Assembly (NCBI GenBank): GCA_000320545.1
Contig: ADNK01001995.1
Location: 1-64,000, forward strand
Direction of reading: 5' to 3'
Length of the DNA: 64,000 nucleotides
Source of the DNA: Bigelowiella natans CCMP2755
Taxonomy: Eukaryota; Protista; Cercozoa
Part shown: in pieces, positions 12,661-27,519 of the stretch
Position numbering within the stretch: position 1 is the stretch's first letter
Layout: each line of letters opens with the position of its first letter
Program-made: the position numbers and the translations under genes
Notes under the pieces: generated by a model
Database searches by the model: none
Told to the model about the DNA's origin: nothing
The model's input: only the letters and a program-made list of their open reading frames with translations

Positions 12661-15031
12661 TTATTCTCCCACTGGATACGCGTCGTGATCACCGCCGTAT
12701 TTCTTCTCCAGAACGTCTACGATGAGGATGACAATGAAAGGAACGTAATATACATGTGTTTGCTGTTCTTATTGTTTTTAGCCCTGAAATATGGCGTAAA
12801 TTGTGGTACCTTTATCGATGTACTCGAATAGCGTCTTTGTATCTTCTTGTCCAATGAAACACACCTAGATATGATTGAAATGATAGCAACAACAAACAGC
12901 TCACTACACAGAGGAATTTTTCTTTTTAAAGGCTGGTCGGTCCTGCAGATAGCAAGATGCATCCCATACGAGAATAGCAACGACAACGACAACAACCACA
13001 ACCACAACAACATCGAAGAAGTCACCTTCGAAGCAGTGCGAGGATTGAGCCAGCCTTTGATTATCGCCCACGTGGCATTGAATATCCAAGGTGTGTTGAC
13101 GAGAAGCGCTGCGTACAGGAGAACAGATGCCCACGCACAAACACACGTAACACACTCAAGATCCCTCTATTTTGACGAAAGCAGCCGCAGTGTGGGGTCC
13201 AAAGGGCTCTTTGGTTTTTGGTATTTGTTTTTTCAGTAGAACAACGCAAACGTTTCTGATGCTGTAGGTGTGAAATGAAAAGGCTACACCCTCTCATCTC
13301 CCTCGACTAGGGAGGGGGCTGCTAATTGTAGCTGCGAAATCACTCTCCCGTGCACTGCTCCCCTCTCGCGTTCTTTTCTATTCTTTATATCAAACCCTTT
13401 GACAAGCGCTCCGGATAGTACTGCTGGAGGATAGTAACTGCACTGTAAATCATTTGCATGTTCCAGTTCTACGCAACAGACAGGGGGAGGGGGGGCGGGG
13501 GGTTTTGTTTATACACATAACGCGCATGGAAGAGACATTAATTGTATATGCTGTTCAGCAAGATGCGCTTCTAAATGCTATTCCCATCGTCGATGTACCT
13601 GCAAGCCCCAATCCGCCATGTCAATTAGCACGACAAACTGGTAGTTGCCCTGCGAATAGGATGAGTTAGCGTGATAAACACGAGGAAGAAGAAGGGGTCA
13701 CAAGAGATTGGTCGGGAGGAGATGAAACGAGGATTCATCACTTTTTTGCCAGGAGCTTTATGATACACCGAAAGCTGTGAGAGCTGGAGTGATTTACCGC
13801 CTACCTACCTTCGCTTGCTTGATCGCCTTCTCTAAGAAGTACAGGATCATCCTTTCGAACTCTTCGACGGTGTACTCGGAAGGCTGCACACAAACAACAC
13901 GCAACTGATGATGAAGCGCATATGTTATGAGGAATACCGTTTGCATTTCCAGCAGCAGCCGTCGCAAAAATGAGGCAATAACATGAGAAAAAGCATGGAG
14001 CTGCCTCCTATGCCTTTCCCCTTAACATATTCAACCCCCCCACCCTTTTCAATTTTCCTACTATTCACCACTGGTATCAGCACCTGCCACAACGCTGAGC
14101 TGCCCTTCAGAATCATGCTTCCGTTTCTCCCATGGCCACAGAAGCGCATCATTCCTTGCTTAATCGCAACCGAGCATTCCTTTGGATTCGCCTCCTCCGG
14201 TTTTGCATCGGCTCTCCACTTTACAGCTGCGTCTATGTGCAGACGGGGGATAGGGGAAGGCAGCAGGAGGAGGAGGAGGAGGAGGAGGAGGAATAGGAGG
14301 AGGATAAGGGGATGACGGAAAGTTCAATGAAGAATAGTATGGAGTTAACGTAACATCTGCACGCATCGCACGTTGATAAGTGCACACAGCAAAGCGCCCG
14401 TGGATTTCATCTACAATTCGAAACTTTATATCTATCGTCGTCGTTGTTGCTTGCGACCATTACGCCACAAAAACGAAGAAGGGGTTGCTGTTGTCATTGT
14501 CATCATTGTTGTCACTGTTGCTGTTGTTGTTGTTGTTGTTGTTACTATTGAACTGTGTTTCGCATGAATGAATGGTCACCAGACCGAATTGGGCTTCTGC
14601 CTTGTCCATATCGAAGTTGTTTGCGACGAGGAAGCGGAGATATGTCGTCTCATTCAGGGCGTGGCTCTCATCCAATTTGACCTATTATTTTGAATCCCAA
14701 AAACTTAATAGTTACACGACAAAACTCATACGCCAGAAAAATGAATGCCTCATCTATGGGCTCAAACCTTCTTCTCCTTAAGACGCTCCGAGAAGTCGTC
14801 CATTTTCTTCTTCTCTTCATCCCCCATTGCCTCAAGCATATCCTGTATTTTACCCCCACTCACAGATAGACACGTCTGCTTCGGTTCTTCCTTGGACTCC
14901 TTCGTATTGAGTCAAAATGAAAAGAAGGCGGCGCCTAGGCTAAAATGAGAAGGAGACGATGCTAACCCATTCCACAACACCATCAAGGTCCCCCCCCATA
15001 CCTCTCCATAGCCTAGCAAACTGGACAGCAT
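12661..15031 (-). CDS. Sec14/CRAL-TRIO lipid-binding protein
   Basis: Exons TYLRFLVANNFDMDKAEAQF (CRAL-TRIO N), GHGRNG, ILQQYYPERLSK, LLVNTPWIFNATWAIIKGWLNPRTASK, VLEKKYGGDHDAYPVGE*. Confidence 0.9.
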
Positions 15032-15275
15032 CAATCCAGGCTCCAGTTGTGTTACTTTCTTCGCTGGTCCGCTGCCGAAAATACAACGACGTGCCAGCAG
15101 GGGGGGGGCAATGTCGACTGTACCCTCCTATTTAATGTGAAAATTCGAAAAATCATGTCGATGCTGCATAAATTCGCCTTGTATTTTCCAACTTTCGGCA
15201 GTCGCCGAGTTGCACGGCGAGATTACTGCATGATTTTAATTCACAAATGTTGTCGCTTAGGTGTTTCCTAAGGGT

Positions 15276-16252
15276 ATGATGGCCGATTACTCGGGTAGTC
15301 CCCTCTTGAGATCAATCCATTCTTGTTTTGGACAGCGACTCCAAAAGTAGTTTGTCGTAAATAAAAAAAGGAAAACCCTCTCTATTCTCGAATCGGTTTT
15401 TGGCCTATGGAGGAGAAAGATGAGATAAAACAATGAGATTTTTGCTAGAAGAAAAGAAATATACGTCGCAGAATATTTAAATCCGCCTTAGCTTTATGTG
15501 TTTCTTTTCACATTTAGGTCTTAAACGCCAGTCTATCACGAAGGCCGTTTCGGTGGCAACGGCCCACCGCCTTTTTGTTCCCGCGAACCGATTCTTCTCT
15601 CCAGTGACAGGTGAGGACCAAATCAAAAAGGGATGGGGAATATATGTCTATGGAATTTCAAATGCTGCTATTGCACGGCTTTCAGAGAATCTGATTTACC
15701 AGAATCTCATTGTTATCGAAGCGTTCTCCATGGAGATCAGTTTGTGAAGCCCTTAACTCATAACACGTTCATTCTGCTTAGGACCACGGACATTGTATCT
15801 CATAGAGGCTTAGTGCTATGGGAGCCGCACAGCTCAAAGGTAAAGAAGCTGCGTGAAACAGGAAGGGTGCAATTGGAGACTGAGATGTGTGTGTGGTGGC
15901 AACCAGGTACCCGGCCTGCTGATGAGGATGAAGTGCAGGAAGAAATGCGCAAACTCATCGCGAAGTATAAAGCTGAGTTTCCGGTATGAATATATATTGG
16001 AATGTATTGTTATAGTCATTTCCATGACTGCAAAGAATCTTTGTCGCGCTTGTGTTCGATAGGAGGACGACAGCGACGAAGATGAGGATGAGGATGAAGA
16101 TGACGACTCCGATCTAGATGATGAAGAAAGGGAGGCGAAGAACAGGGAAAGGGAGCTTAAAAAAATGAAGAAAGATAGGGAGCGCCAGCGGCGTCGCCGA
16201 GAATATCTCGAAAGACATAGGAAGGTTGTATTATAAATACAATGCTCACAGA

Positions 16253-16286
<34 letters not shown>

Positions 16287-18291
16287 GGGGGGGGGAGGGG
16301 AATACACAAACGCAAGCAAATTTCATACACATAACATTTTGTTGTTAACCCAATACAAACACGATGGATAAGTCCATAACGAATAAGAAATAAATATGGA
16401 GAGGCGGGAAGCAGCCGTTTACTACCTGGGGGGCGTTGTTCGTACGTCCTTTGGGAATTAAGGCCTGCAAGAGTACATCGCACCCCTTAAGGACAGGGCC
16501 GCTTCGGTTTTTATTCCGCTTCTAGGCCGTGGGGATTGGTTGCGAACAGTTAGCCGCTTGGAATCCTGGAAAAGAGAAATGGAGAACATACACACGCGCG
16601 CGTGCACACACAGACACACGCACGCACTCGGAGGAAATATGCACTCAATCACACCACACACCACATATCACATACTGCAGGCTCGCCACGATGAGAAGAA
16701 AGAGAAAATCAACCAGCAAAATGCGGCTCTCACACGCGGAGAGCAGGTAGGAAATTTTTTGAAATGAAAAGCACAGAGACGATGTGCGCTTCTTGACACA
16801 ACTAGTTAAAAGTACCTGGCTCTTCCTCAACTGTAATGACGAAGCCCCTAGAATTTTGCTAGTATAGCTTTTCTGTCGATATTTTCGCTGATGTTGAATG
16901 TGGCGGTGATGTGAATGAACGCGATCTTACTAGACCAAAAAGCAAAGATTAAAGCTGGAAGAAGCTAAGAGGGTGATGAACCATTTTCCAATTCCATTTG
17001 TCTACGTCAGTCAGCTTAGCAAACGGAAAGATATGTCGTACATCTTTATCCATCTCGTCTTTTTTTGCGAGAAAGCGGTAACACTGTGTCAATCTCAGGG
17101 GAAAAGAAAGTTTAAGGGGTCCTATGCGGTACCTGAAGCCATTGACGTAATGAGTGTTGTTTTTACACACACGCACGCGCGCACGCAGATTCGCATGAAT
17201 GACGATGCATGCAAATATGTCTGGATAAAGTGTCCTTCATCTGATCCCGTTCTCCCTTTCTGGCAAAAATGCAACGGCTGCGTCACAATGAACTACCATA
17301 TTAACAGCCCATTTTCTATGGATCATACGTGGACTTGGAAAACCAGCTCCTTGAGTTTCGAACGAAGACTTTACCCTCGGGGGCTGAGGTGCTTTCTACG
17401 CCAAGTGACTTATATGGATTGTAGAATGCCGATGAGAAATTCTAACTCAAATACACAGTATCCAGATCAATCTCACAACCCCTCCCTCCTCCCCTCCCTC
17501 CCCGCCTCACCCCCTTTCTTTTTCGCTCTCTTTTTCCATTTCAGATTAAGATGGTGATGAGAAAGCGCGCGGAGCCGTCGCACATACTGATCTACCTCCA
17601 CAACTACAGCCCAAAGGAGGTTGAAACAAAGGTAAGACTAGAAGAAAAACAGGGAGTTGGATAGCAACGTTCGTGCTTCGAAACATCATGTAAAGAGCGA
17701 TAGAATTTGGCTCTGTTATGTCGTGAGATCATTCCGAACTAACTAGTATCGTGATGTTCTCTGTCCTTTCCGTTCTTCTGCTCACTCTTCCTCTTGCTCT
17801 CTTACTCACCCACTCACTCCCCGTTGCTCTCTGTCGTTCTTCCCTCATGATGGCAATGGATATCCAGCTGCAATTGGACATCCAAACGAAGCTGGCGAGA
17901 AAGCTGCTTTGGGAACCGGTGCTGAGACCATGACATTTTCCCAACAGAATCCCTGTTTACGCGTTAGGGCATATTTGAAATAGATTGTTTCAAGTCACAT
18001 AGAGTAGCGGCAAGAGATTAGCAGCAGCGAATATTGCGACATGGCCAGGGCAGATCTGTGTCAAAGCGTTGGCACCAGACCATCCCTCCGGATTTGATGA
18101 TTATTTTTTGTGCTTTTCCTGTCGCGCTATAACGGCAATATCACCGACGCCAAATGTGTTTCCTCAGCCATTCGCTGGGAAGTGGACGCTGACGACGACG
18201 ACATACAGAAAGCCTGGCTATATAGTCGGCCAGGCGCTTCAAGATATAGAGGACCTGCGGTAGCGTCTATCCGCCATTTGATGCATGATAC

Positions 18292-18322
<31 letters not shown>

Positions 18323-20186
18323 GAGAAAGAAACATAATCATTTCCTTCAGGACCTACGTGATCGACTATGTTATCTGGGATAAGGAGAATGACTTCGGCA
18401 GACAGGACTGCTTGGTAGCGACGCGGGGGGGGGGGGCGGTGGGGGTGGAGAATCCTTTGAGAGTAAATTTACGAGCAAGCTTATGTGCACACGCCGCTAC
18501 ACACAAACGTAACACTCTGGTTCTCCTTCCCACCCCCCGCGTAGGACGAACTCGCCGAGCTTGAAAAACTGAAGCAGGAGGCGGTGAAGAAGGAGGAATA
18601 CTTCGACGCGCAGGATTACAAAGAAAAGATCATAGACAAGAAGGATGAGCTGAGGGAGATAGAGCTCTACTACTTCAAACGGTAAAAAAATGCGGGTGGG
18701 AGCGAACTCTTTGCGTGTGTGCACGAAGCCTCCATCCTTCTGCATAATCGAAGAAATGTATTCAGAGAAATACAGACCACAAATTATGCATGCCCTCTCT
18801 TTATACATGCCCTCTCCTTTTCATAGGCGCGACAAGGCCTATGACACAAAAGTGTACATTTATGGAGAGGGCATGGGCGCTGCGACTGCATTGCTTGCAG
18901 CCGAAAGACTAAGGTTCTTCTCGCACCCTCAAATCGTTAAAAGAAGAAGACGAAGAAGAAGAAGAAGAAGAAGAAGAAGAAGAAGAAGAAGAAATCGCCT
19001 CCTTTAATGCAGATCATTCAGAAATAAAGCCGAAGAGAGTCGTGTTGAATGCCTACCGGTGATGATATATCATGTGCGCCAGAAGCATTTGCGCTACGGC
19101 ATGCACGTGCTGTAGGGTGGAAGAAGCATCTATGCTGTTCAATTGTCCACGTTTCGAGACATTCTACATGCGATGATTTGTATTGCGGACCCCTGCTTCT
19201 CCCTAACGCATGAAATTTAAGCCATCCTCCTCTTCTTATCAGGAAAAACTACCACGGAATACTTTGTCTCAACTCCGCGTATGACTCCCACCACCCACCC
19301 CTCCTTCCTTTAGTGATGTATCGATGAAAACGGATGGTGTGGTCTGAAGATGATGAGTGTGCACGTATATGCTATCCATCAAGGGATCTTTTCTTTTTCT
19401 CCTTTCCACATTGCAGACTGTACATCCAAAAGGAGGCGAAGTCACCAGTAAGCTGGTGCTATAAGCCGTGTGTGCCAGCGGTAGGCCTTGAGAATATATA
19501 CGTGTGTTTATGTTTAAGTGTGCGCGCGCGCGCGTGTGTAATCCCTTCGTTCTCGATGTTGGGTCTCGATTCTAAAGAAAGCATTCGTCAGGTTTTAATG
19601 ACGAATCGGAAAACAATTTACGCGAAGATCAGCCAGAACTACATCAAGCTGGTGATAAATAAAACTGCCATTTTCTTGGAACCCTCTCATATTTCTCCTC
19701 GATAAACATCCTCGCCAAACAGACACGCGTGCGTATCGAAGCACTCCCCCCCCCCCCTCCCCCCAAACCTCTGCCTCTCTCCTTTGTCGTTCTTACATAA
19801 TATAATAGTAAACACACATCGCGGTCAGGGTTTTTAAAAGGGCTGGGAGGGGGGGTTATGCGTTCTTTCACCGAGCTCGGCGTTGATGATGGAATCACGC
19901 CGCATTTCTTACAATATAATGCCCCCTTTGCCTTCTTCTTTTTCTTCTTCTCTTCAGACCAAGGACGCATATCGATTTATGAGATTTGTCTTCCGCCGCG
20001 GCTGTTTGTTGTGTTGCGGGACAGAAATCACCGCTCTCCCCCCAATATCAAGCCACTTTCGTGTTTTTTTCACGTTCACGACATCGCAACATCATCCACT
20101 CGCTCACCCATTCAACCCAACCAGGCCTGAAGTCACCTTCCAACAGAGTGATTATTAGAAGGTGCTGCTACAGTTCGTACGACTCA

Positions 20187-20230
<44 letters not shown>

Positions 20231-23200
20231 GCAAAGAGCGGTGTCGATCAATTAACAATAGAATATGCGCGGGGAGGAAATGCACGTAGAATAGCAGAAG
20301 ATATCCATATTCACATGGAATGTGCTTACGCACAAGCCCCATCCACGCCATGATGAATCGTCCCGTTTTATTTTTATTTATCCGTTTCGAAAAGGCACTT
20401 TGGGGGCCATGGAATGAACACAGGCGCGAAGGATCTAAAGGTGGGCTAATGGGCGCATAAAGCAAAGCGCATATGCACGACAGTTCTCTCGTGCAACATC
20501 TAGATTCGGGCTCTTTGAGCTTGGGTGCTAATGACCTGTTGTGCTTCTTTAACAGGTGAAGGCAGGGGATATAATCTTCATTCCTTACTTCAAAGACTGG
20601 TATTGCATACGCATCGCAAGGCGTATTTCTCTCCGTAAAACGTAGAGTGAAAAAGCAACGATGAGAGTGACGACGGCAACGACGATGATGATGATGATGA
20701 CGAAAATTGGACCTTGGAAGCAATACATAATATAAGCGGATTAAAATCTCTGTTCAATATGGTCTTTTAATTCCACCTTCCTCTCCCAGTGACCGTCTTC
20801 CTATGCGTGCATATGAGGAGCTAAAGCTGAAGAGTGCAGATGATCCAGAATACTGCTTTAGGCCGAGGGACATTCATAAAGTTAAACATGGTAAGGAGTT
20901 TTTAAGTGCATAAATAATTCATATTTATAACTTTATCCGCGCACTGTCTGTGTTTCGTATACTTGCTCCTATTGCAACAACATCCAGGAAAAGCCTCTCG
21001 ATACGCGAAGAAATATCCAACAATGACAAAGTAGTAGCAGTAGGAGGAGGAGTAGGGGTGATAGCGAGGCAAAAAGTGATATTAGAGATGGAGAGGAATA
21101 AGAAGAAGAAGAAGAAACAGAAGGTTTTAATGTAGTAGAGGCAAGCAGCATCAGATCGTGAGCCAAAATGTTCCGAATCGGTTTTTGTCGACTTTTATCG
21201 ACGCCATGTCTCACCTCCATCGTGACCACCACCACCACCACCATCATTATCATCCATTATCATAGGCTGTTCGGGCCTCTCAAGGAGACAAGCGAGCTCC
21301 CCCGCCTCGCCAGCGTCATAAAACATCGAGTGCACGTGAGTGTTGCCATTCACTTCACAGAGTTGCTCTTGAGTCCGATAAAACACCGATGTAAATATTC
21401 AATATTTGTGCTCCTGCATATTGTAACACAGCAAATCGAGCCTATCCCCTGGATACCTACCGGGTGGCCTGATCCGGCCGACCCTGCCCCCCCTGTTGTG
21501 GAGGACGGCGAATCGTCTGAAGAGGAGATGGAGGAGGCGCGGCCGAATCCGTTTGAGTTTATGGAAGCGGTGTACTATGATCGCAAAACCGACTGGGACT
21601 TCGATGCAGTAAGGCCACTTGGACGGGAGGAATTGGAGGAATATTTTAGACACACGTGGTCACAGGTGTGTGCGTGTGTTGTATGTGTGCGTGCGTGCGC
21701 GCGCTTGTGTGCAGCGTGGGGGAAGTGGCGGTTGTGGAATCAATCGAAGCCAGAACGACGAGTCGCTCTCCCCCCTTCGTCCCACATCCCTTCCGCTGGT
21801 GTCCTCGTACATTGATTTCGTGATCAAACTATGGTGGATGACATATGCTGTGTCGTGGGTGGTTGGCAGGTCAACATACAGGATGAGATAGAAGATCCGC
21901 AGGTTTTTTTTTTTTCGAGAATGCACACGCACGAACTTGCAAATGAGAGAGACCATTAATACCACATGGCCTGATTGAAGTTAGTTTACGTGATACGGTA
22001 CGACACGGCAATCTTGAAGGAGTCGTTTCTTCAAACTAACCCTTTCTTCCCCTCTCCTCACCTCCCCCTCTTTCACTCTCTGCGTGGTGTATATCTGTAG
22101 GAACTCGATGCAACGAGGAAGGCTTTCCGTGAAAGAATAATCGCTCTGAACAAGACCTTCAGGTCTCTCCTCCTCATCCTTCGCATCGTGTGCAAATGAT
22201 ACAATGAGCACACATTCTCACAGACAGTGCTGCTGATTGAATGATGCAGGTTTTATTGCGCGTCGAATGTGCCGGTGGAGTTCATGACGGCAAACCAGTG
22301 GATGCAGTTCGGGGTAGCAGTGGGAATTGCTGACCGCAGAGACCCCGCGTTTTCGCAGATATTCGTGGTCACTAACGCGTCCGAGGCCGAGGAAGACAAA
22401 AAGGAGTAAGTCATCAATAGAACGTAGCTAGGGCTAGCAGCAGCAGTTGCAGCTGTGAAAGAATCATCGCCTTCGTGGCGTTGTCGTCGTGTCGTTGTCG
22501 TCGTGTCGTTGAAGCAGTGTAGCGTTCGCTGCAACGGCAAGTGCTAATGTTCCACCTTTTTTTACAACTTGAAATAGCACGCAGTACGAAGAAGACAACC
22601 CTGACAATATGTTTACCTTCTCGGAGTTTACGGAAGCTCTTGTCCGGTAGCTGAAACAGTCCTCTTCTCCCCCCTTAACACACACGCGCGCGCGCACACA
22701 CGCACGCACAGGCACAGATACAATTGAGATAAAAAGAGAGTGGGGGGGGAGGGGCAAACTGCGATGTAATAAAGTCGCCAATCCCCATTTTCCCTTTTCT
22801 CCTGGTCGTCGTTATCTTCATCATCGCCACTCATTGTCAGGGTGGGGCTCCACAAGTACAAGGATCTTGCGCCTCACGAGGCCTTCAAGAAGATTGCAAC
22901 GAAGGTGCTGATGAACGGTGACCCCCAGTGCATGGAGGACTTCAACAGTATCTTCAATACTCCAGAGGTAGGTTGAAGAAAGGGGGGGGAGGAGAAAGCG
23001 GTTCTGGTGTGGTAGTTTGCCCGCGTGATAAATCCTGTTTTGAGCGATATCCACAGAAAATAGGAAATAGACCGAAAACATGCGTCCAACCAAATAAAAC
23101 ATAAAAGTATGTGTTCGTGTGCGACGTATTGCCTTGTTTTTCTGCCAAAAAATGGATCAGATATGGAAGGTTTACAAGAAGTTTGCGCGAAAAACGTACA

Positions 23201-23806
23201 ACGTATTCGCCAAGTACGCGGCGGTAAGTGTTATTTGATCCTTCAGAGCACTATTTATTTCATTAAAACTCGACATGTTTTTTTATCTTTTCACAGCACG
23301 CGCACACACACACACACACACACACATACAAGCGCGCGCGCACAATCATAAAGACGCTCTCGAAGTTACACAAACGCAGTAAATACAGAGATATGCAGTA
23401 ATTGAATGTGTATTTCGTACAGGGGGACAAAAGCCAAGTTGATTCGCTCTCTAGCATGGATATCAAAGAATGTTTCATGTAATACTTTTGTCTGTTGTTG
23501 GAGGACAAACTCCACGACTTAAAAAATACTGAAATGAACGTAGTGGGTAAAAGCGATCGAGGAAAAGTTGAAATTCTTCCCCCTGCCTACCTTTTCTTCA
23601 ATGATCTCTCACTTATCCGACATTTTCTCTGCTAATATTATCATAGGTTCTTTAAGGACTCTGAGATTCAAGTCAAGACTGGGTAGTAGCAGTAGTAACC
23701 ACTACTAGTTGAACGTCATCAACCTCTTCCAATTTTGTTTGGTTCTTCATGCATCGATTTGTGGATGGTCGCGAAACGCGAATTTCTTACTCTCCTCCTC
23801 TAGGCT

Positions 23807-23847
<41 letters not shown>

Positions 23848-23863
23848 AGATGTCTATGTACCA

Positions 23864-23894
<31 letters not shown>

Positions 23895-23907
23895 GTATAT
23901 GTATATA

Positions 23908-23941
<34 letters not shown>

Positions 23942-24523
23942 ATATTTATGTGCGTGCGCGCCGTATTTATTTTCAGATTGAGTCGGCGTAGTCTCATCGC
24001 TTGTTTCGCGATGGCCCAAGGCATAGAAACCGACGATGAAGCCGGTCAGATTCCGAGGATTTTTTTTTAGTTTCACTTAACTCGCCCACTCTCGCACGTA
24101 TGGTTGCAGTAGCAGTAGTGCTGTTGCTCCCTCGGTGTAAGATTCAAATGTGCTACCTGTGAGCTCCCCGCATTGCTCATGTTTGCGACCCCTTCACGTT
24201 TTATACAACCTCGCAGGGTATGAGAGCGACTACGCGGAGTTTATTCGTATGTTAGGGTTGCTCGCTCGTGAGACAGATCCAGATAAGGTACTACAACAAA
24301 CTAATCGGGGAGGGGGGGAGGGGGGGGGACTCGGTATGTTGCTGGTTTATGTAATCCTTTTTTATACTTCGCTAGTAGCTTTCCGCAACGAAAAAACACT
24401 GTGCCCTTCCCTTTCTAACCCCCTACCTACACTTGTTAAATATGACGCATTCAGCCAATAGCCCGGTCGTTCCAAGAGTTCTTGGAGGCCTACATCCTGC
24501 CAATGAAGCTTCCAGCATACTAA
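15276..24523 (+). CDS. Large ~40-exon protein: acidic/coiled N-terminus, alpha/beta-hydrolase-like region with a UVR-like helical insert, and C-terminal EF-hand-like repeats; could be two genes
   Basis: Exons DELAELEKLKQEAVKKEEYFDAQDYKEKI (UvrB/C-like), KVYIYGEGMGAATALLAAE, KNYHGILCLNS, HFGGHG. Later FYCASN...FMTANQWMQF...FSQIFVVTN...NPDNMFTFSEFTEALVR and YNVFAKYAA...SMDIKE...DYAEFIRMLGLLA. Stop at 24521-24523. Start uncertain. Confidence 0.65.
23808..23937. repeat. Compound intronic microsatellite (CT)n-(TA)n-(TG)n
   Basis: Directly visible; representative of dozens of similar intronic arrays in the window. Confidence 0.95.
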
Positions 24524-25065
24524 AGCGAGTTTGGCTAGTTGGAATCGCAGATGATTCGTGTCGACTGTGTTTGGGTCTGTAAAATGTCATTTGTTCAGTA
24601 CCGAAAGTATCAATTTTACACGAAGCTTGTTTCATGTATGCAGAAAGAGTGCTGCTTGCAGCAATTTTGCGCGATGCCATTTCACTTGCGTGTGAGTGTA
24701 GCAGCGATAAGCGACTGTGCGGGTATAGCGTGAACATTAGCAACATAGTGCATACACAGCCATGCATGCATTGGTTAGTTCGTGCTTATTGTTGTAGATG
24801 CTTAAGGATGTAATCTCATGGTGACAACATGCGCAACTAAAGATACTGCGCGAAACGAAGCGCGCCCGATGATAAATATATCCCCGCGTTTGCATGTTGC
24901 CGGTAAGGTGTTAGGCCGGTGCGGTGATAAGATGTAGCAGACGGACAATAGATATACTTTATATTGCTGAATCACGATACTGTGCAACATCTGCATGGTG
25001 CTTCCAATGAGGGTACTACTACTACGTGTTGTCAAAGTTGACTATTTTTATTGTGAAATCCAAAT

Positions 25066-26681
25066 CTAATCTCTGTCTCTGTCTCCCCTTCGCCTGCGAT
25101 CCCTGCTACTTCTACCATCATCTCGTCCACCCCTCCTCCTCTTCCTTGAGTCGCGGTCTCTGCTATGCTCCCTTCTACGGCCTTCACCATCACGTCTCCG
25201 TTCCCTACGGTCTATTATTCCAAGACACAGGAATCACAGCAAAAATTCTGTTAGATATACATCGAGAGCTCTTCGCTTTGCACACAAAAAAAGCAAAGCT
25301 GGGGAGGTGATAAAGAGCAGTTAAGTTCAAGCGGCAGACATGAAGTTACCTTCTCTTCCTCCCCTCTCCCTTTCTCTTTCTCGGCGGTGGTCTCGATTAT
25401 CCCTGTCGCTGTCTCTTCTACCGTCCTCCCTGCGGCTTCTCCGCCCCCCCCCACCATCGTTTCGCTCACGGGTTCGATGCCCTTTACCCCCGGAGTCATC
25501 TTTGCGATCCTCCCTCTTTTGCCGACGTGGTACGGCATTGCCGGCAAAGCCCGTTTGCTTGCGACGGTCTCCTTTCTTCCACGCAGACCATTTCTTGGAC
25601 ACTGACTGGCTGAAATCCACGTGGATTCGCCGGTCGTCGATCAGAGCGTTATCCATCTTGAAGTAGGCCCTCTCACATGCCTCGCGCTCCTCGAATTCGA
25701 TGAAGGCGTACTGGAGACTGTCGCCTGTTTTCCAGTCCTTCACCACCTCGCAGCTGACGATCTCGCCGAACTGGGAGAACACAGTCTCAAGGTCCTCGGA
25801 TGTCGTAACAGGGTTGAGCTTACAAACGAAAAGGTCGGTATCGTCTGGAGTCACTTCTGCGTGGGGCAGGTCTCCGATCATAGTTAGCACCTCTGCTTGC
25901 GATTTCGCGGTGGCTGCCTGTATTATCATGAAAATTATGGTTGTTGTGGGTGATTAGGGGCTGTAACTAGAGGACCAGAAAGAAACCAAAAAAAAGACGA
26001 CGGTGCTGTTCAAAAAAATACCTTCAGCTCCTCGTCAATTTGCTCATCCGTTTTGCCTTCGTCACGAGATAGGGCGTTCTCGTAGTCTGCAATGCGGTCG
26101 ACGTCGTGTTTGTCCGGCTTGGCCTCTGGTGAACGGTCAGGGATATGCTCCTTCAGCATGGGAGGATCAGGGAAGGGGTCATCGATGACAACGGTGTGCC
26201 GGATACGAATGTTCTGAATGGGTTTGTCGTTGTTGTCGCAAAATGCGGCGTTGATCTTTTTGAGAGCCTCCTCTCCATCCTCTCCATCCGGAAGCTCGCC
26301 AAAAATGGTGTATTTTTCGTCTAAGCTGGTGAGGTCATCGCCCAGCGTGATGTAGAACTGGGAGCCATTCGTGTTTGACCCTCCGGTGTTTGCCATGGCT
26401 ACAGTCCCCCTTTTGCTATGTTTGATTTTTTTGCTAATCTCATCGTCAAAAAATCGAGCCTGCTCTCCGTACATAATCCCCCATATTGAACTCCCACCTC
26501 TTCCACTGCCATCCGGGTCGCCTGTCTGCGCAATGAAGTCCTTCTGCACGTTGTGGAAGATGACGTTGTTGTAGTACTTAATCTTGCAAAGTTTCAGGAA
26601 GTTCTCGCAAGTCTTTGGGCACTTGTCCACGTATAGGTCGAGGAAAATGTCCCCGAGGGAGGTCTCCAAGATCACGGCCAT
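25066..26681 (-). CDS. PPIL4: Cyclophilin-RRM protein (PPIL4/CYP59/Rct1) with Arg/Asp-rich tail, 3 exons
   Basis: [17 protein letters not shown]...[12 protein letters not shown]...QTGDP...NGSQFYITL (cyclophilin). [23 protein letters not shown]...[13 protein letters not shown]...[20 protein letters not shown] (RRM). Confidence 0.95.
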
Positions 26682-27071
26682 TATTTCTGCCTCCTCGCCT
26701 CCCTATCCGTGGCCGGGGTTGACGAGAGTTTCTGATCCAAATGGCGAAAATGACTTACGACAATCGAATACGGACAAGTTTGTCTATAAAAGAAAGCGAT
26801 TTTACACTGTATCGTCCTTTTAGGAAGTCATGGGTGATGACGACAACGTCATGAAGGAATTGTTGTCGCAGGTTGTGAGTTCGGAATCTGCAGCTCGATA
26901 TTTTCCTTGCCATTTTTCTTGTCGATGTTTCTAGGACTTCGTTCGGGCCTAAAAGGCACTGTTCTCGGCGATCTCGGATTACTTGAAAACCTTACATTCC
27001 GAATCTTGAGAGATCGGAAAATATATAGATATTTTACGGATATAAATCTACCTAGTAATTCAACGAAAAGC

Positions 27072-27481
27072 ATGGGAGCTCTCTGTCCGTGCTTCTCGAC
27101 CGTAATGCCTCCCCGGCCCCCTGTCCTTTCTACCCGAAGAGCAGTCGTTGTTACAGCACTCTACCATATGAATATGAGAAGAATACGTGTTTAATTGTAC
27201 ACTTTGCCGCTCTTCTTATCGTGGAAGCGAGGGAGAGAGGGCCCCACTCTTCTAAAATACGATGAGAGAGAAAGGAAGAAAGAGTGAGAAAGACGAGAAA
27301 ATATGCCTTGGTGGGGACGGATTAGGACCGGATGTTGATGTTATTTGAAATTAGCGTTAGATCGATCATTGACATTAAAATATGTTCTGAAAGTCGGACC
27401 CTGAATCTATGGGGATGGAGGCGCTTGAAGATCAGAGGGTCGCCAATTAATATAGTACAGCGTATTTGTTCTAAACTCTGA

Positions 27482-27519
<38 letters not shown>

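Noticed and set aside
24015-24050. Non-canonical GC-AG intron donor at 24021
   Set aside because: The exon continues in frame (AQGIETDDEA) to a normal GT donor that joins the next exon correctly.
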